The notes below the pieces were generated by a model. The model searched no databases. It was not told the origin of the DNA and saw only the letters and a program-made list of their open reading frames with translations. 64,000 nucleotides of DNA from a virus (lineage: Duplodnaviria > Caudoviricetes), in the IMG/VR virus record IMGVR_UViG_3300045391_002568, positions 2,044 to 66,043 of that record; one strand, 5' to 3'. Shown one piece after another: positions 1 through 8,560 of the stretch (within the stretch, counting starts at the first letter, position 1; each line of letters begins with the position of its first letter). Position numbers and translations under genes: made by a program.

Positions 1-102
1 CACCTCGGCATAGCAGTGGTCGCATGCCGGCGAGACCTTAGTGCATCCCATCCAGGGATTGAATGTGTGCGAGGCCCACTCGATTTTGGTGTTCTCGCCC
101 AT
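1..102 (-). CDS. Phage Gp37/Gp68 (DUF5131) radical-SAM-like protein, N-terminus only (runs off left edge)
   Basis: Manual translation from ATG at 102: MGENTKIEWASHTFNPWMGCTKVSPACDHCYAEV, the typical DUF5131 start with CxxxxxxCxxC; ATG overlaps the TGA of the upstream ORF (TGATG). Confidence 0.85.
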   Translation of the reverse strand, partial: MGENTKIEWASHTFNPWMGCTKVSPACDHCYAEV

Positions 103-404
103 CAGCGCGATCCCCTGGTGTACTGATCCAGCAGGCTGTAGCGCGCCACAGGACAACTATCGATGGCTCGGAAAAACTCGGTCCGGAGCTTATTCAGATG
201 TGTAGCGGCGACTTCTACCTGCCGCGCGGCGTCACACGTGTTTTGTGGAGTGGGGCTGTTCGGATGCGCGTCGATAGCATCCCTGGTGCGGCGCTGGCGA
301 TAGTTGCGCAGTGCGTTTTCATGCTCCTCGATCGCCGCGCGGTACTTTTCCGCCGCAGCGCAAATCGCCTTACGGCGCGCTTCTATTTCATCGGGTCGAA
401 TCAT
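102..404 (-). CDS. Hypothetical helical protein (100 aa)
   Basis: ORF track; packed between RNase H and DUF5131 with overlapping boundaries. Confidence 0.6.
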   Translation of the reverse strand: MIRPDEIEARRKAICAAAEKYRAAIEEHENALRNYRQRRTRDAIDAHPNSPTPQNTCDAARQVEVAATHLNKLRTEFFRAIDSCPVARYSLLDQYTRGSR

Positions 405-888
405 TGACTTGCTCCTGTAGTCGGGCGGCCCTTCTCAGCGCCGTCCGTTTTTTTCTCATTGCCGCCTTCGCCTTGGCGTCGGCATTGCGCTGCGCGCGCG
501 ATCTGCTGTCCTGGACCCTGGTATGCCCCTTGACGTGCCGAAAGGTGACATTCAGACGGTACTCCTCCCGCATTCGATCGAACTTGTTGCGCACCGCCAT
601 CAGCGTTTCACGAGGCTCCTTGCTCATGGTGCGATCGAGGCAGTGAATTGCGCCCTGGCAATCGGTCTGGACCAGAATGTCATCGCCAGCCGCTGCCAGA
701 TCGAGCGCTATGGCCAGGTGAATTCCATTCACGATAGCCATGGTCTCTGCCACCATCGCGTCGGGGACCGTCACCTTGAACATTCCGGACCCGCCGTTGC
801 TTCCGCGGCTGGATTTGATCCAGTAGCCGTAGCCTGCCGCGAGGGTATCGGAGCAATGCGATGCGTCGGTGATGATGGTGACAAGCAT
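388..888 (-). CDS. Ribonuclease H (RNase HI-like)
   Basis: Start at ATG 888 (TGATG coupling); motifs IITDAS, AETMA, VQTDCQ, RHVKGH, NADAKAK give the D-E-D-D catalytic set. Confidence 0.85.
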   Translation of the reverse strand: MLVTIITDASHCSDTLAAGYGYWIKSSRGSNGGSGMFKVTVPDAMVAETMAIVNGIHLAIALDLAAAGDDILVQTDCQGAIHCLDRTMSKEPRETLMAVRNKFDRMREEYRLNVTFRHVKGHTRVQDSRSRAQRNADAKAKAAMRKKRTALRRAARLQEQVNDSTR

Positions 889-1481
889 CAATCCTCCCAC
901 CACGGCTTCTGTTTCGGGGGCGGCGGCGCGCTGCGCTCGGCAAGCCTTTCGATGCACGTCGAGAATCGCTTGCTTGCACGCTGCACGATCTCCTCGTCGC
1001 TCGGATCTGGCACGCCATTGAGACGCACCAGGTCGTAGAGGCAAAACTTCGCAACCGAACGGACTGCAGCCATCGAGCCGTGGCCATTCGGAATGACCAT
1101 CATCCCGGGCTCGTCCGGGTGCTGATCCAGCCAATGCACGTAGAGCCCTTCCGGGTTTATCGCTACAACGCGCGGTGCCATCGCAAGAACCCATTCCGAG
1201 TTCTTCTGCGAACCGAAGAGCCACACCTGCAGCCCGATCAGCGGTCGAAGGTTTGCGGCCGTATCCATGCCGAGCTCAATCCCGATGAACCCCATCGAAA
1301 ATGCCCGGTCCAGCCGCAGGTTGTTTCCCGGCATCGGCTCGAGTAACCACACCCCGGGTATCCTTGCTCCTGAATGCCTGGCTTTCTCCAGCGCCCGGAA
1401 GTCCTCCAGCGCTTGGCGCTCCATCCTCGAGAGCATTCCAACGTTGGTGCGGACTGTGCCCTTGTGACTTGCTTCGCCCAT
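888..1481 (-). CDS. Hypothetical protein
   Basis: ORF track 888..1616; likely start ATG 1481 (GGAG upstream) or 1436; 5' part overlaps the tail of the replication-initiator ORF. Confidence 0.6.
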   Translation of the reverse strand: MGEASHKGTVRTNVGMLSRMERQALEDFRALEKARHSGARIPGVWLLEPMPGNNLRLDRAFSMGFIGIELGMDTAANLRPLIGLQVWLFGSQKNSEWVLAMAPRVVAINPEGLYVHWLDQHPDEPGMMVIPNGHGSMAAVRSVAKFCLYDLVRLNGVPDPSDEEIVQRASKRFSTCIERLAERSAPPPPKQKPWWED

Positions 1482-2106
1482 TGCTTGCTCCGCTGCCGGC
1501 ATCCGTCGATCCGGCGACAGTGTTCTTCTCGTACAGGTCCAGGCCTTCATCGATGTGCTTGGCGTCGCGCAGTAGCAACTCGATGTCCGTCCAGAGCTTG
1601 TTGCGGTCGTTTTCACCCATGTGGAACGGCGAGAACGTGTATCCGGTGATCGCCCTCGAGAGGTCCTCGGCGGTATACAGGTCCAGAGCTCGGCGGATAA
1701 TTGCGCGCCGCTTGTCGTCGAGCACCGCCCGTGGCTTGCCCATGATCCTGGTGTATTCGCTCCACACCAGCTTGATGCGATCGGCCACCTCCTGCGTGAC
1801 CATTTCGGCCTGCTTCTTTGCCTTGACCACCTTCACATCAAGCTCGCGCACCATCCAGCCCGGCGGATCCGTGGTGGTGACGATAAGGCTCACCGCCTGC
1901 AGGTCGCGCAGCAGATCCAGCACGTTCAGCTCGTCCCCTGGCAGCACCGCGGCATGCAACTGCTTGGCGGTTGCGGTGACCACGCCATCGTTGGCGAGAA
2001 TCCGCATGCCCAGATAGAGCAGGCGGGCCGGGGCCGATACCTCGATCAGCTCCGGCGCCCGAAGCAGCTCCACCGTCACCGGTGGCGTTCTTCTCCCTGC
2101 TGCCAC
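1276..2106 (-). CDS. Putative phage replication initiator (N-terminal wHTH-like region, C-terminal conserved phage replisome-organiser-like domain)
   Basis: ARLLYLGM..ANDG N-terminus; C-domain VWSEY..IMGK...LDDKRR..IRRAL..YTAEDL..AITGY..SPFHMGEND...WTDIELLLRD..HIDEGL; located downstream of recombination genes. Confidence 0.65.
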   Translation of the reverse strand: MAAGRRTPPVTVELLRAPELIEVSAPARLLYLGMRILANDGVVTATAKQLHAAVLPGDELNVLDLLRDLQAVSLIVTTTDPPGWMVRELDVKVVKAKKQAEMVTQEVADRIKLVWSEYTRIMGKPRAVLDDKRRAIIRRALDLYTAEDLSRAITGYTFSPFHMGENDRNKLWTDIELLLRDAKHIDEGLDLYEKNTVAGSTDAGSGASNGRSKSQGHSPHQRWNALEDGAPSAGGLPGAGESQAFRSKDTRGVVTRADAGKQPAAGPGIFDGVHRD

Positions 2107-2108
2107 GA

Positions 2109-3296
2109 TTACTCCGGCGACTGCTCGGAGCCGTCAGCATCTTCGCCCTCTGCGGCGCGACGGTACTGCTCGGCAGCGTCATCGGTGATCTTCTGCGCGC
2201 GGCGCGCAGCGGCCTGCTTTACAGCCTTCACATCAGCCGGCGGAAGGTGCGCGTATGGCTTCGATGCACCGAACGCGTTCACCTGTTCGACCGTGGTGCA
2301 AAGCTCGAGGCGGGCAATGAGCTCATCCTTGGTCGGCTGGTGACCGGGGACGGGATTCTCGGCGCTGGTTGCCGACTTCTTCTCGCTGGACTCAGACCGC
2401 TCTGCCTTCGCGGCCTTCTCCGCCTGCTGATTTGCGCCCTTCTCGTCAGAGGATGCGCCGGCAGCCTTCCCGGCCTGAACAGAGTCGGACACCGATGGCT
2501 TCTCGAAGAAGTCCTCGACGCGCTGCGCGCCACTTTCGATCGATCTCCAGACGTTGCGCAGCTGCACGTACTCCGCCTCGAGCATTTCGATCAGAGGCCT
2601 GCCGCGCAGGTACTTGACCAACATCGCTTCAGTGACGCCGAGCGCCGCGAATCCCGGGACGAGTTGCTGCAGGCGATCCTTCAGCGGCTTCTTCGCGGCT
2701 TCGTTCTTGAGCGTGTCCTGGCACAGCTGGAAGGCCATGCCGACGATGTGTGGAGGAATCAGATCCTCCAGGCACGCGCGCAGGCGCCGGGAACCGACAT
2801 TTGCCCAGACCTCGTAGATGTCGCGCTGTGACGTGACCGCCTTGCCGCCGGCGTTGCCGTCGTCGTCGTTCTTGTCGCGGATGTGCGGGACGATGACCGT
2901 GCGGGAAGCGCGAGCATTGGTCTCAAGGTCGATCGCAACCACCAGCACCACGCTTTCACCTGATCTGCGGTCAATCTCCTGCATCGAGAAATCGATGTTT
3001 CCCCAGTACCGCGCGCAGATCTTCAACAGGTCGATGGATGGGCCGGTAATGACCGCGCCGCCACGCTTGTAGCTGTAGAAGCTGTTCTCGGCCACACCCA
3101 GCAGCTGACAGGCATTGCGAATGCGCGTCGTAGCCAGTTGCTCATCGCGCGGGAATTTTTTGGCGATAACCATCGCCCCCTGCACCTGGGCGATAGCCCG
3201 GTCGGATTCAACACTCATTCCGGACGACATCGCCGGAAGGTTATTGCTGCCAGGCGCCATCAGCGCGCCCTTCAGATCGTCAATGCTTGTGGACAT
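2109..3296 (-). CDS. Putative single-strand annealing/recombination protein
   Basis: AIAQVQGAMVIAKKFPRDE...FYSYKRGG..ITGPSI...WGNI motif of a widespread phage family; adjacent to a Cas4-like exonuclease (exo+SSAP pairing; function inferred). Confidence 0.6.
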   Translation of the reverse strand: MSTSIDDLKGALMAPGSNNLPAMSSGMSVESDRAIAQVQGAMVIAKKFPRDEQLATTRIRNACQLLGVAENSFYSYKRGGAVITGPSIDLLKICARYWGNIDFSMQEIDRRSGESVVLVVAIDLETNARASRTVIVPHIRDKNDDDGNAGGKAVTSQRDIYEVWANVGSRRLRACLEDLIPPHIVGMAFQLCQDTLKNEAAKKPLKDRLQQLVPGFAALGVTEAMLVKYLRGRPLIEMLEAEYVQLRNVWRSIESGAQRVEDFFEKPSVSDSVQAGKAAGASSDEKGANQQAEKAAKAERSESSEKKSATSAENPVPGHQPTKDELIARLELCTTVEQVNAFGASKPYAHLPPADVKAVKQAAARRAQKITDDAAEQYRRAAEGEDADGSEQSPE

Positions 3297-3333
3297 GAAG
3301 TCTCCTTCGTTGTGTGAATCATCATGCGAGCCA

Positions 3334-3588
3334 TCAGGCCCGCGGCATCAAGCTCAAGTGCTCGCCGACCGCATCGGCGTTGCCTTTCTGTATGTTCATC
3401 CGGACCACCTGCATGGCTATCTCTGCGGTCACCTTTCGGGAGTCCTGCAGCGCGATGCATTGGCCGGTCGTGTAGGCAAGGATGCCGAGCATTTCCATTG
3501 CCGAGAGGTGGCCGGCGTGCTTCCTCATCAGCGCCAAGGCCTCCTTGCGAAACGCCTCCATGTCGAGTGTCGGCTCGTGCAGTTTCAT
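3334..3588 (-). CDS. Conserved phage hypothetical protein
   Basis: ORF track; ATG 3588 with GGAGG upstream; helical composition. Confidence 0.65.
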   Translation of the reverse strand: MKLHEPTLDMEAFRKEALALMRKHAGHLSAMEMLGILAYTTGQCIALQDSRKVTAEIAMQVVRMNIQKGNADAVGEHLSLMPRA

Positions 3589-3593
3589 GTTGC

Positions 3594-4475
3594 TCACTTC
3601 ACCCCCCTCCACCAGCAGGTGTGGTACTTCGGGCAGTATTTCTCCGAACAGAGCACCGACTTGGGATTGCCCGGAAACAGCTCGGCTTTCGCCATCTTGG
3701 CGGCCATGTGCAGCAATCCCTGTGGTTGCGCCTCATCGCCCAGCAGCAGACGCGACGGCGACTCGACAGTCGCCACGGAAACCTCGGCGCGAGATCCGGA
3801 CGTGGGAAACGCGATGACCTCGGCCGGCAGCGTGAACTTGTAGCCCAACTTCTGGTGGGCGAGCAGCTGGATCAGTTCGTACTGACCGAGCTGCGCGACG
3901 TGCTTGTCGATCGCAATGGAGCCGTCCGCAGCGACGATGCGCCTGCCGGACTTCACATCGCAGATGCCGTACTTGTTGATCTGCGCGCCGTCATCGGTAT
4001 CCCCATGCTTCCACCACGGTTCATCGATGGGCTGCACGTAGCGCACGCGGTCGGCTTGTCCGGTGAGCGTGATGCGCACACCATCCCCCATGTCGATGGT
4101 CAGTGGCTCGCACCTGACCTCGACCGCGCAAAACAGGTAACGCGGCGCGTGGTTCTCGCAGTAATTGAGGGTGAGCCGCACGCCCACGTCGACGGCTTTC
4201 TGTTTCGGCATGGCACGGTCCCAGACGACCTCGCCATCCTCCTCGTTCGGGTTTTTGCACCGGTCCACGAACAGATCCACCGCATCATCGGTGGTGATGG
4301 GCTTTTCCTCGACCCGCGCCAGGTCAAACTGCGCAGAGGCGTGATGCAGGCTCGTGCCCAGGTGCGCGGCACCGCCGTTCGGCGTCCGCAGGCCTTCCAC
4401 GTTCTGCGCATACCACCTCGCCGCACAATCGAACATCGTGGGGAGTGAGCTGGCGCGGATCAGGATCTCGTTCAT
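3594..4475 (-). CDS. Cas4-like PD-(D/E)XK exonuclease with Fe-S cysteines
   Basis: IRASSL..MFDC, LGTSLH, GQADRV, ICDVKSG, QLGQY, C-terminal LCSEKYCPKYHTC (1+3 Cys). Confidence 0.85.
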   Translation of the reverse strand: MNEILIRASSLPTMFDCAARWYAQNVEGLRTPNGGAAHLGTSLHHASAQFDLARVEEKPITTDDAVDLFVDRCKNPNEEDGEVVWDRAMPKQKAVDVGVRLTLNYCENHAPRYLFCAVEVRCEPLTIDMGDGVRITLTGQADRVRYVQPIDEPWWKHGDTDDGAQINKYGICDVKSGRRIVAADGSIAIDKHVAQLGQYELIQLLAHQKLGYKFTLPAEVIAFPTSGSRAEVSVATVESPSRLLLGDEAQPQGLLHMAAKMAKAELFPGNPKSVLCSEKYCPKYHTCWWRGVK

Positions 4476-4489
4476 ACCTGATGCGTTCC

Positions 4490-4843
4490 CTAAGCCCCGC
4501 GAGCCATCCGCGCCAGCGTCAGCGATCGCAGCGCATTTGCTGCTTCGCGCAGGTGATGCAGTGCCTGCAGGTTCTCTTCGCAGTTGTAGGGGCCGCGCTG
4601 GAAGCCCTCCAGGCGATCGATCAGGATGGCGATCAGCGCTTCGTGCGTCAGCCCATTGACGCCTGCATCCTTGATCGGCCCATCCTGAAACGCGATCGGG
4701 AAGAAGGCCGTGGACCGGCCGATGGGGTCGACGATGTGGATCTCGTACTGGTGATTGGCCCCGCCGTGGCCGGGCTCATCCATGGCGATGATCCGCAGCA
4801 ATCCATTGGCCGGATTGACTTGGTGCGTGGTGATTTCTCGCAT
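4490..4843 (-). CDS. tad1: Tad1-like anti-Thoeris nucleotide sponge, C-terminally truncated by in-frame TAG (apparent ancestral end 4472)
   Basis: EPGHGGANHQYEI...IAFQDGPIKDAGVNGLTHEALIAILIDRLEGFQRGPYNCEENLQALHHL matches the Tad1 pattern as recalled (GPGGAYHEY, IxFQxG, DRLxxFQxGP, ENxxALxH); TGATG coupling at 4843. Confidence 0.8.
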   Translation of the reverse strand: MREITTHQVNPANGLLRIIAMDEPGHGGANHQYEIHIVDPIGRSTAFFPIAFQDGPIKDAGVNGLTHEALIAILIDRLEGFQRGPYNCEENLQALHHLREAANALRSLTLARMARGA

Positions 4844-5094
4844 CACGACACCATCACGGACAGCCTGCGCCCGCTCCATGTGCATGTGATCGCCTTCGCA
4901 AGGCGCGGCCACGCCGCCGGAATCCTGCATCCGCTGGCCTTGAGGATTGTGGCGAGGTTCCTGCGCACGCCGCGGTACTGTTTGAACCCCTCGGATGCGG
5001 CCTGCGTGATTTTTCCGTTGCGAGCGATCATTCGCCAGCGCAGTTCCCCGCGGTGATCCTTGTAGACGACGAGTTTATGTGGACGATTCGACAT
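4843..5094 (-). CDS. DUF1508 (YegP-like) domain protein
   Basis: KLVVYKDHRGELRWRMIARNGKITQAASEGF..YRGVRRNL; ATG 5094 preceded by GGAGG. Confidence 0.75.
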   Translation of the reverse strand: MSNRPHKLVVYKDHRGELRWRMIARNGKITQAASEGFKQYRGVRRNLATILKASGCRIPAAWPRLAKAITCTWSGRRLSVMVS

Positions 5095-5439
5095 CGAAGA
5101 TCCTCCGTTCTGATTCCCATCTGACCCATGTTTGATCCACGAAACCCCCTTACCCCCAAGAGGGTAAAAGAGTTTCGTCGTGACCCACGTCCCGACCCTT
5201 TCGGCCACGAAGCACTTAGGTTTACGTCCTGCTTCGGGTGGCACCTCCCCCTGAGACGCAGCAGATTTCGCATGCTGAGGCGTCGCATGCCGGATAGTCC
5301 GAGGGGAGGGTTGAAGGGCAGGGCTTGACAGGGCAGAATGCCCTCAAGCGATGCGCCGTTCCCGCTCGCCCCGGCTGGTAACCGGATGCGCGCCCCGTAG
5401 GAGAAATCCTGCGGGGCGTTGTCATTTCTACCTACAGCA
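5095..5439 (-). ncRNA. Candidate structured RNA / 5' leader
   Basis: No convincing ORF; several hairpins including an 18-19 bp stem (5139-5178) whose G-U pairs form only on the minus strand, and a three-way junction (5244-5309). Confidence 0.5.
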
Positions 5440-6138
5440 TTACGGATTTGCAACACTGGACGCGAACTCGAACGCCTTCAGCAGAATGGTCGAAGGTCGA
5501 TCCAGCATCCCGTTCGACTCCCATCCGGCATCCATTGCCTCGAGCATCCATCCCGGTTTGCTCACGTAAAACGGCACGTAGCCATTGACCTTTGAGGCCG
5601 CCCAGCCCTCCGGCGGAGCCTCCCCGGACTGGTACGTCAGCTCCGGGTGAGCCCCTACGTGACGCAGTAAGTCGGCGCGAGCTAGCGGTTCCGTCAGGGC
5701 GGCCAGTGGCGCCATGAGCGACACGTCGGTACTGCTGGGCAATGGCGCCATGGATATCGGGGCCTTCCCGCCTGCCGCGCGGTTGATCGCCGCGGTGGCG
5801 CCGTGCAGGCAGAGCCATAGCGAGTGGTCCGCCCACCTTGCCCACTGCTGCTCCGTGCTTTCGCTCGGATCTAGCTCCTGCAGGACGCTCAGGTGATGTC
5901 TGATCATTTCGACGTTGGCCTCGGACAAGGCGGCAACACGATCAGCAGGGGCTCGGTCGCTCCTGCTCTCACAGCAGCCCTTGACGAACGCGCCAGCCGC
6001 TCGCAGGCAATCCTCGTGCGTGCGGCTGAAGCGCGGAATGATCCGCGCTGCAGCTTCAGCCTCGGCCATCACGCGCAGCAGGATGCTGTCCAGGTTCGGG
6101 AACAGCGCCGCATTGCGCGGCTGCATCCACAGGCGCAC
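5440..6138 (-). CDS. Hypothetical protein (232 aa)
   Basis: ORF track; GTG start 3 nt after the upstream stop with GGAG RBS. Confidence 0.65.
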   Translation of the reverse strand: MRLWMQPRNAALFPNLDSILLRVMAEAEAAARIIPRFSRTHEDCLRAAGAFVKGCCESRSDRAPADRVAALSEANVEMIRHHLSVLQELDPSESTEQQWARWADHSLWLCLHGATAAINRAAGGKAPISMAPLPSSTDVSLMAPLAALTEPLARADLLRHVGAHPELTYQSGEAPPEGWAASKVNGYVPFYVSKPGWMLEAMDAGWESNGMLDRPSTILLKAFEFASSVANP

Positions 6139-6141
6139 GAC

Positions 6142-6528
6142 CTACAACTCCTCGAGCCTGGCCACGAGTGCGCCGATCAACTGGGTCAGATTGACGGCCC
6201 CGCCCACGGTGGCCAGCAGCCTCCCCATGTCATGACCCGGCAGGGGCGCGGCAGCGTCAGCCGAGGCCCCTTCGGCGTCCGTGCGGGGTCCCTGCAGCCT
6301 CTGCGTCAGTTCGGCAAGGCGGTTGGCGATGTTGTTCAGGGACAGGTTGTTGTCAGCCACCATCCCCTCGAGCTCGAGAATCGCGCCACGCCGCTCCTGG
6401 CTTATGGCGACCCTCGCAGCGGCGCTGTCAGATTCAGCGCGCCGGCGACTGGTGGTGGTCGATGCCCGGCCGCGACGCACATGCCGGCTACGGCGCTGGG
6501 TACGGGCCTGCTTATTACGTGAATTCAT
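6142..6528 (-). CDS. Hypothetical protein, basic N-terminus and coiled coil
   Basis: ORF track; GGGAG RBS upstream of ATG 6528. Confidence 0.6.
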   Translation of the reverse strand: MNSRNKQARTQRRSRHVRRGRASTTTSRRRAESDSAAARVAISQERRGAILELEGMVADNNLSLNNIANRLAELTQRLQGPRTDAEGASADAAAPLPGHDMGRLLATVGGAVNLTQLIGALVARLEEL

Positions 6529-6576
6529 TGGTTGTTCACTCCCTTATGCGGAATGTGAATAGGTTGTAGGAGGCAG

Positions 6577-7191
6577 TTATTCCGGGAACTCTTCGTCCTT
6601 CTCGTCCTCGTCGAAGTCCTCATCGCCGTCGTGGCTGTCGTCCGGATCATCCTTCGCGTCCAGCGGCAGATCGCGGTCCACGAGCCACCCGTCGACCACG
6701 ACCTCTTCCAGGACTACAAGGTCGGCCAGGGACGCCAGCAGGTTCGGGGCCTGGTGCTCCAGCGCGAACGTGAGCGTCGCCAAGGCGCCGTTGGTGGCCA
6801 TGGAGAGCACGGCCTTTTTCATTTCGCATGGCATCAGGGTCACCTCTGCGCCGCGCCATGCCACCGAATCGTCCCAGCCCTCGGGCGGCGGGGCCTTGAT
6901 CTTGAAGGCGTAGCGCCGGTCGGCCGATACCTCGAGCTCCATGCGCTTCATGGCGAGGTAGCGCGGCACAGCGTCGGTTTGCGGATTGCCCGGATCCAGC
7001 TCCTTCCAGAACACGCTCGAGGGCTGCGCGCCGGTCAGATGGCCGGAGAAATACTTATCGGTGAAGTCGATCGGGACGTTGATCTCGGCCTTAACCTCAA
7101 CCTTGAGGTTGCCGTGGATGCCCTCCGGGCCGGGCTTTCCCTTGGGTTTGAAAGAGAACGAGCCGCGAGCGCCCGTGAAATCCATGTCCAT
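6577..7191 (-). CDS. Hypothetical beta-rich protein with highly acidic C-terminal tail
   Basis: ORF track; AGGAGA RBS; tail DAKDDPDDSHDGDEDFDEDEKDEEFPE. Confidence 0.7.
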   Translation of the reverse strand: MDMDFTGARGSFSFKPKGKPGPEGIHGNLKVEVKAEINVPIDFTDKYFSGHLTGAQPSSVFWKELDPGNPQTDAVPRYLAMKRMELEVSADRRYAFKIKAPPPEGWDDSVAWRGAEVTLMPCEMKKAVLSMATNGALATLTFALEHQAPNLLASLADLVVLEEVVVDGWLVDRDLPLDAKDDPDDSHDGDEDFDEDEKDEEFPE

Positions 7192-7302
7192 CAGGTTTCT
7201 CCTGTATTGCCCTCTTGGGGCGGTTGTGCTTACGAGCAGATTGATTTATGCATATATTCATGTTTGAGTAAACGACAATCACGCACCACGAAGCACAAAA
7301 TC
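7192..7302. promoter_or_regulatory. AT-rich divergent promoter region
   Basis: Gene orientation switches here; AT-rich core TTGATTTATGCATATATTCATGTTTGAGTAAAC in a GC-rich genome; no clean consensus promoter resolved. Confidence 0.55.
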
Positions 7303-7674
7303 ATGAGCAGAGTCCCGAAGTTATTGACCACCGAAGAAATGATCGACCTTTACCGGCGCGTCCCGCTATTCGTGGAGCAGTTGCGCGCCAAGGTCATAAA
7401 GGCGATGGCAGACGGGGATCAGGTGATTGCCGCGCACGCCCGCAAGGTGCACGACTCGCGGCCATTCCTGATGCGCGTCCGGGCTTTCGGCCGCAACGAG
7501 CTGCCGTACCTGGACCTGTACGACATGCTGGCGCTGTTCGCTGTGATGGTGGACATCGAGGAGCCACGGCTGAAGCGCCTAGTGCGCGGCACCGAGAAGA
7601 ACGGCCGGAGGCCTGGAGCGGGCTTTCCGAGGCCCAAGAAGCTGATCGTGCATCCGGGCCTTGCCGACGATTGA
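7303..7674 (+). CDS. Hypothetical protein, possible regulator
   Basis: First gene of the rightward operon (MSRVPKLLTTEEM...); helical; position typical of regulators (inference). Confidence 0.55.
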   Translation: MSRVPKLLTTEEMIDLYRRVPLFVEQLRAKVIKAMADGDQVIAAHARKVHDSRPFLMRVRAFGRNELPYLDLYDMLALFAVMVDIEEPRLKRLVRGTEKNGRRPGAGFPRPKKLIVHPGLADD

Positions 7675-7696
7675 CCATCCACAACTAGGAGAGGAC

Positions 7697-8560
7697 ATGA
7701 CTGATTCCGCATCCACCGCGGCGCCCGATTTTTTCAATCGCCGCGTGCTGGTGTTCGACACCGAGCTGACGGATCTTCCAGACCGGTGCCCGGAGGGCCC
7801 GGAGATCATCGAAAGCGCGTGGTGCGAGCTGGAGCCTGCCGCGCACATAGGCGGATTTTTCTTCCTGGAGAAGCCGTGGACGGCCGAGTTCATCACCCAG
7901 GCTGCCTACCATGACACGGACCGACCGAGCAGCTGCGGTGCGCTGGCGGTGCATGGAATCCTGCCGCAGGACGTGGCGGGGCAGCCAAAGTTCAGTGTCA
8001 CCGATCACCTTGGTGGAGCTGACGTTGTGCTGATCGGTCACAACATCGATGTCGACTGGAATGCCGCGCGCCGTTACGCCGCCGAGGTGCCCGCCGACGA
8101 CGATCTGTTCGGCAAGCGCGGTGAGCTCGATGATGTGCCGCGGATCTGCACCCTCGCTATGGCGCGGCGCGTCTATGGCCCGGCCGTGCAGCATGGTTTG
8201 GGCGCGCTGATGTTCCACATTCGCGGCTACACCCCGGAGACGCGCGACATGGTGAGGGGCGCTCACAGCGCGCTGTCGGATGTGATGATGACCCTCACGT
8301 TGCTGCTGGACATTGCCAAGCGTCGCCCGGAGATCCGATCGTGGAAGGCGATGTGGGAGTTCAGTGAGGACTGTCGGTTGCCGCGGTTCTGGCCGCTCGG
8401 CAAGTACGGCCCGAAGGAGAATGGCGGCGTTGGCCAGCCGCTCGAGGCGGCGCGCAACGACCTGGGATACCTCGACTGGGTGCGCGACACCTTCTGGCAG
8501 AAGGATCCCTACCTGGTGCGCGCCGTGAACCTGATGCAGCGCGGCGAGCTGAAGCCGTGA
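7697..8560 (+). CDS. DEDDh 3'-5' exonuclease (ExoX-like)
   Basis: VLVFDTELTD, LIGHNIDVD, ICTLAMARR, AHSALSDV; C-terminal WPLGKYG...GYLDW; AGGAGAGG RBS. Confidence 0.85.
   Translation: MTDSASTAAPDFFNRRVLVFDTELTDLPDRCPEGPEIIESAWCELEPAAHIGGFFFLEKPWTAEFITQAAYHDTDRPSSCGALAVHGILPQDVAGQPKFSVTDHLGGADVVLIGHNIDVDWNAARRYAAEVPADDDLFGKRGELDDVPRICTLAMARRVYGPAVQHGLGALMFHIRGYTPETRDMVRGAHSALSDVMMTLTLLLDIAKRRPEIRSWKAMWEFSEDCRLPRFWPLGKYGPKENGGVGQPLEAARNDLGYLDWVRDTFWQKDPYLVRAVNLMQRGELKP

Noticed and set aside
889-1224. N-terminal extension of RNase H given in the ORF track
   Set aside because: Overlaps another gene; true start at 888 is supported by TGATG coupling and domain boundary
3594-4475. CRISPR-Cas locus around the Cas4-like gene
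   Set aside because: No repeat-spacer array or other cas genes; solo Cas4-like nucleases are common in phage recombination modules
4490-4492. Genome-wide TAG reassignment explaining the Tad1 stop
   Set aside because: TAG is the evident stop of many intact genes here (terL, scaffold, adaptor, csrA), so recoding is not supported
4490-4843. Assignment as Acb2
   Set aside because: Motifs match Tad1 (GGAxHxY, FQxGP, DRLxxFQ), not the Acb2 pattern (IxGYRxL...RWxxIxxT)
5180-5240. c-di-GMP-I riboswitch
   Set aside because: GAAA..GGGACG and CCUAA pieces are present but not in the required order; no GGYAAAC before the GAAA stem
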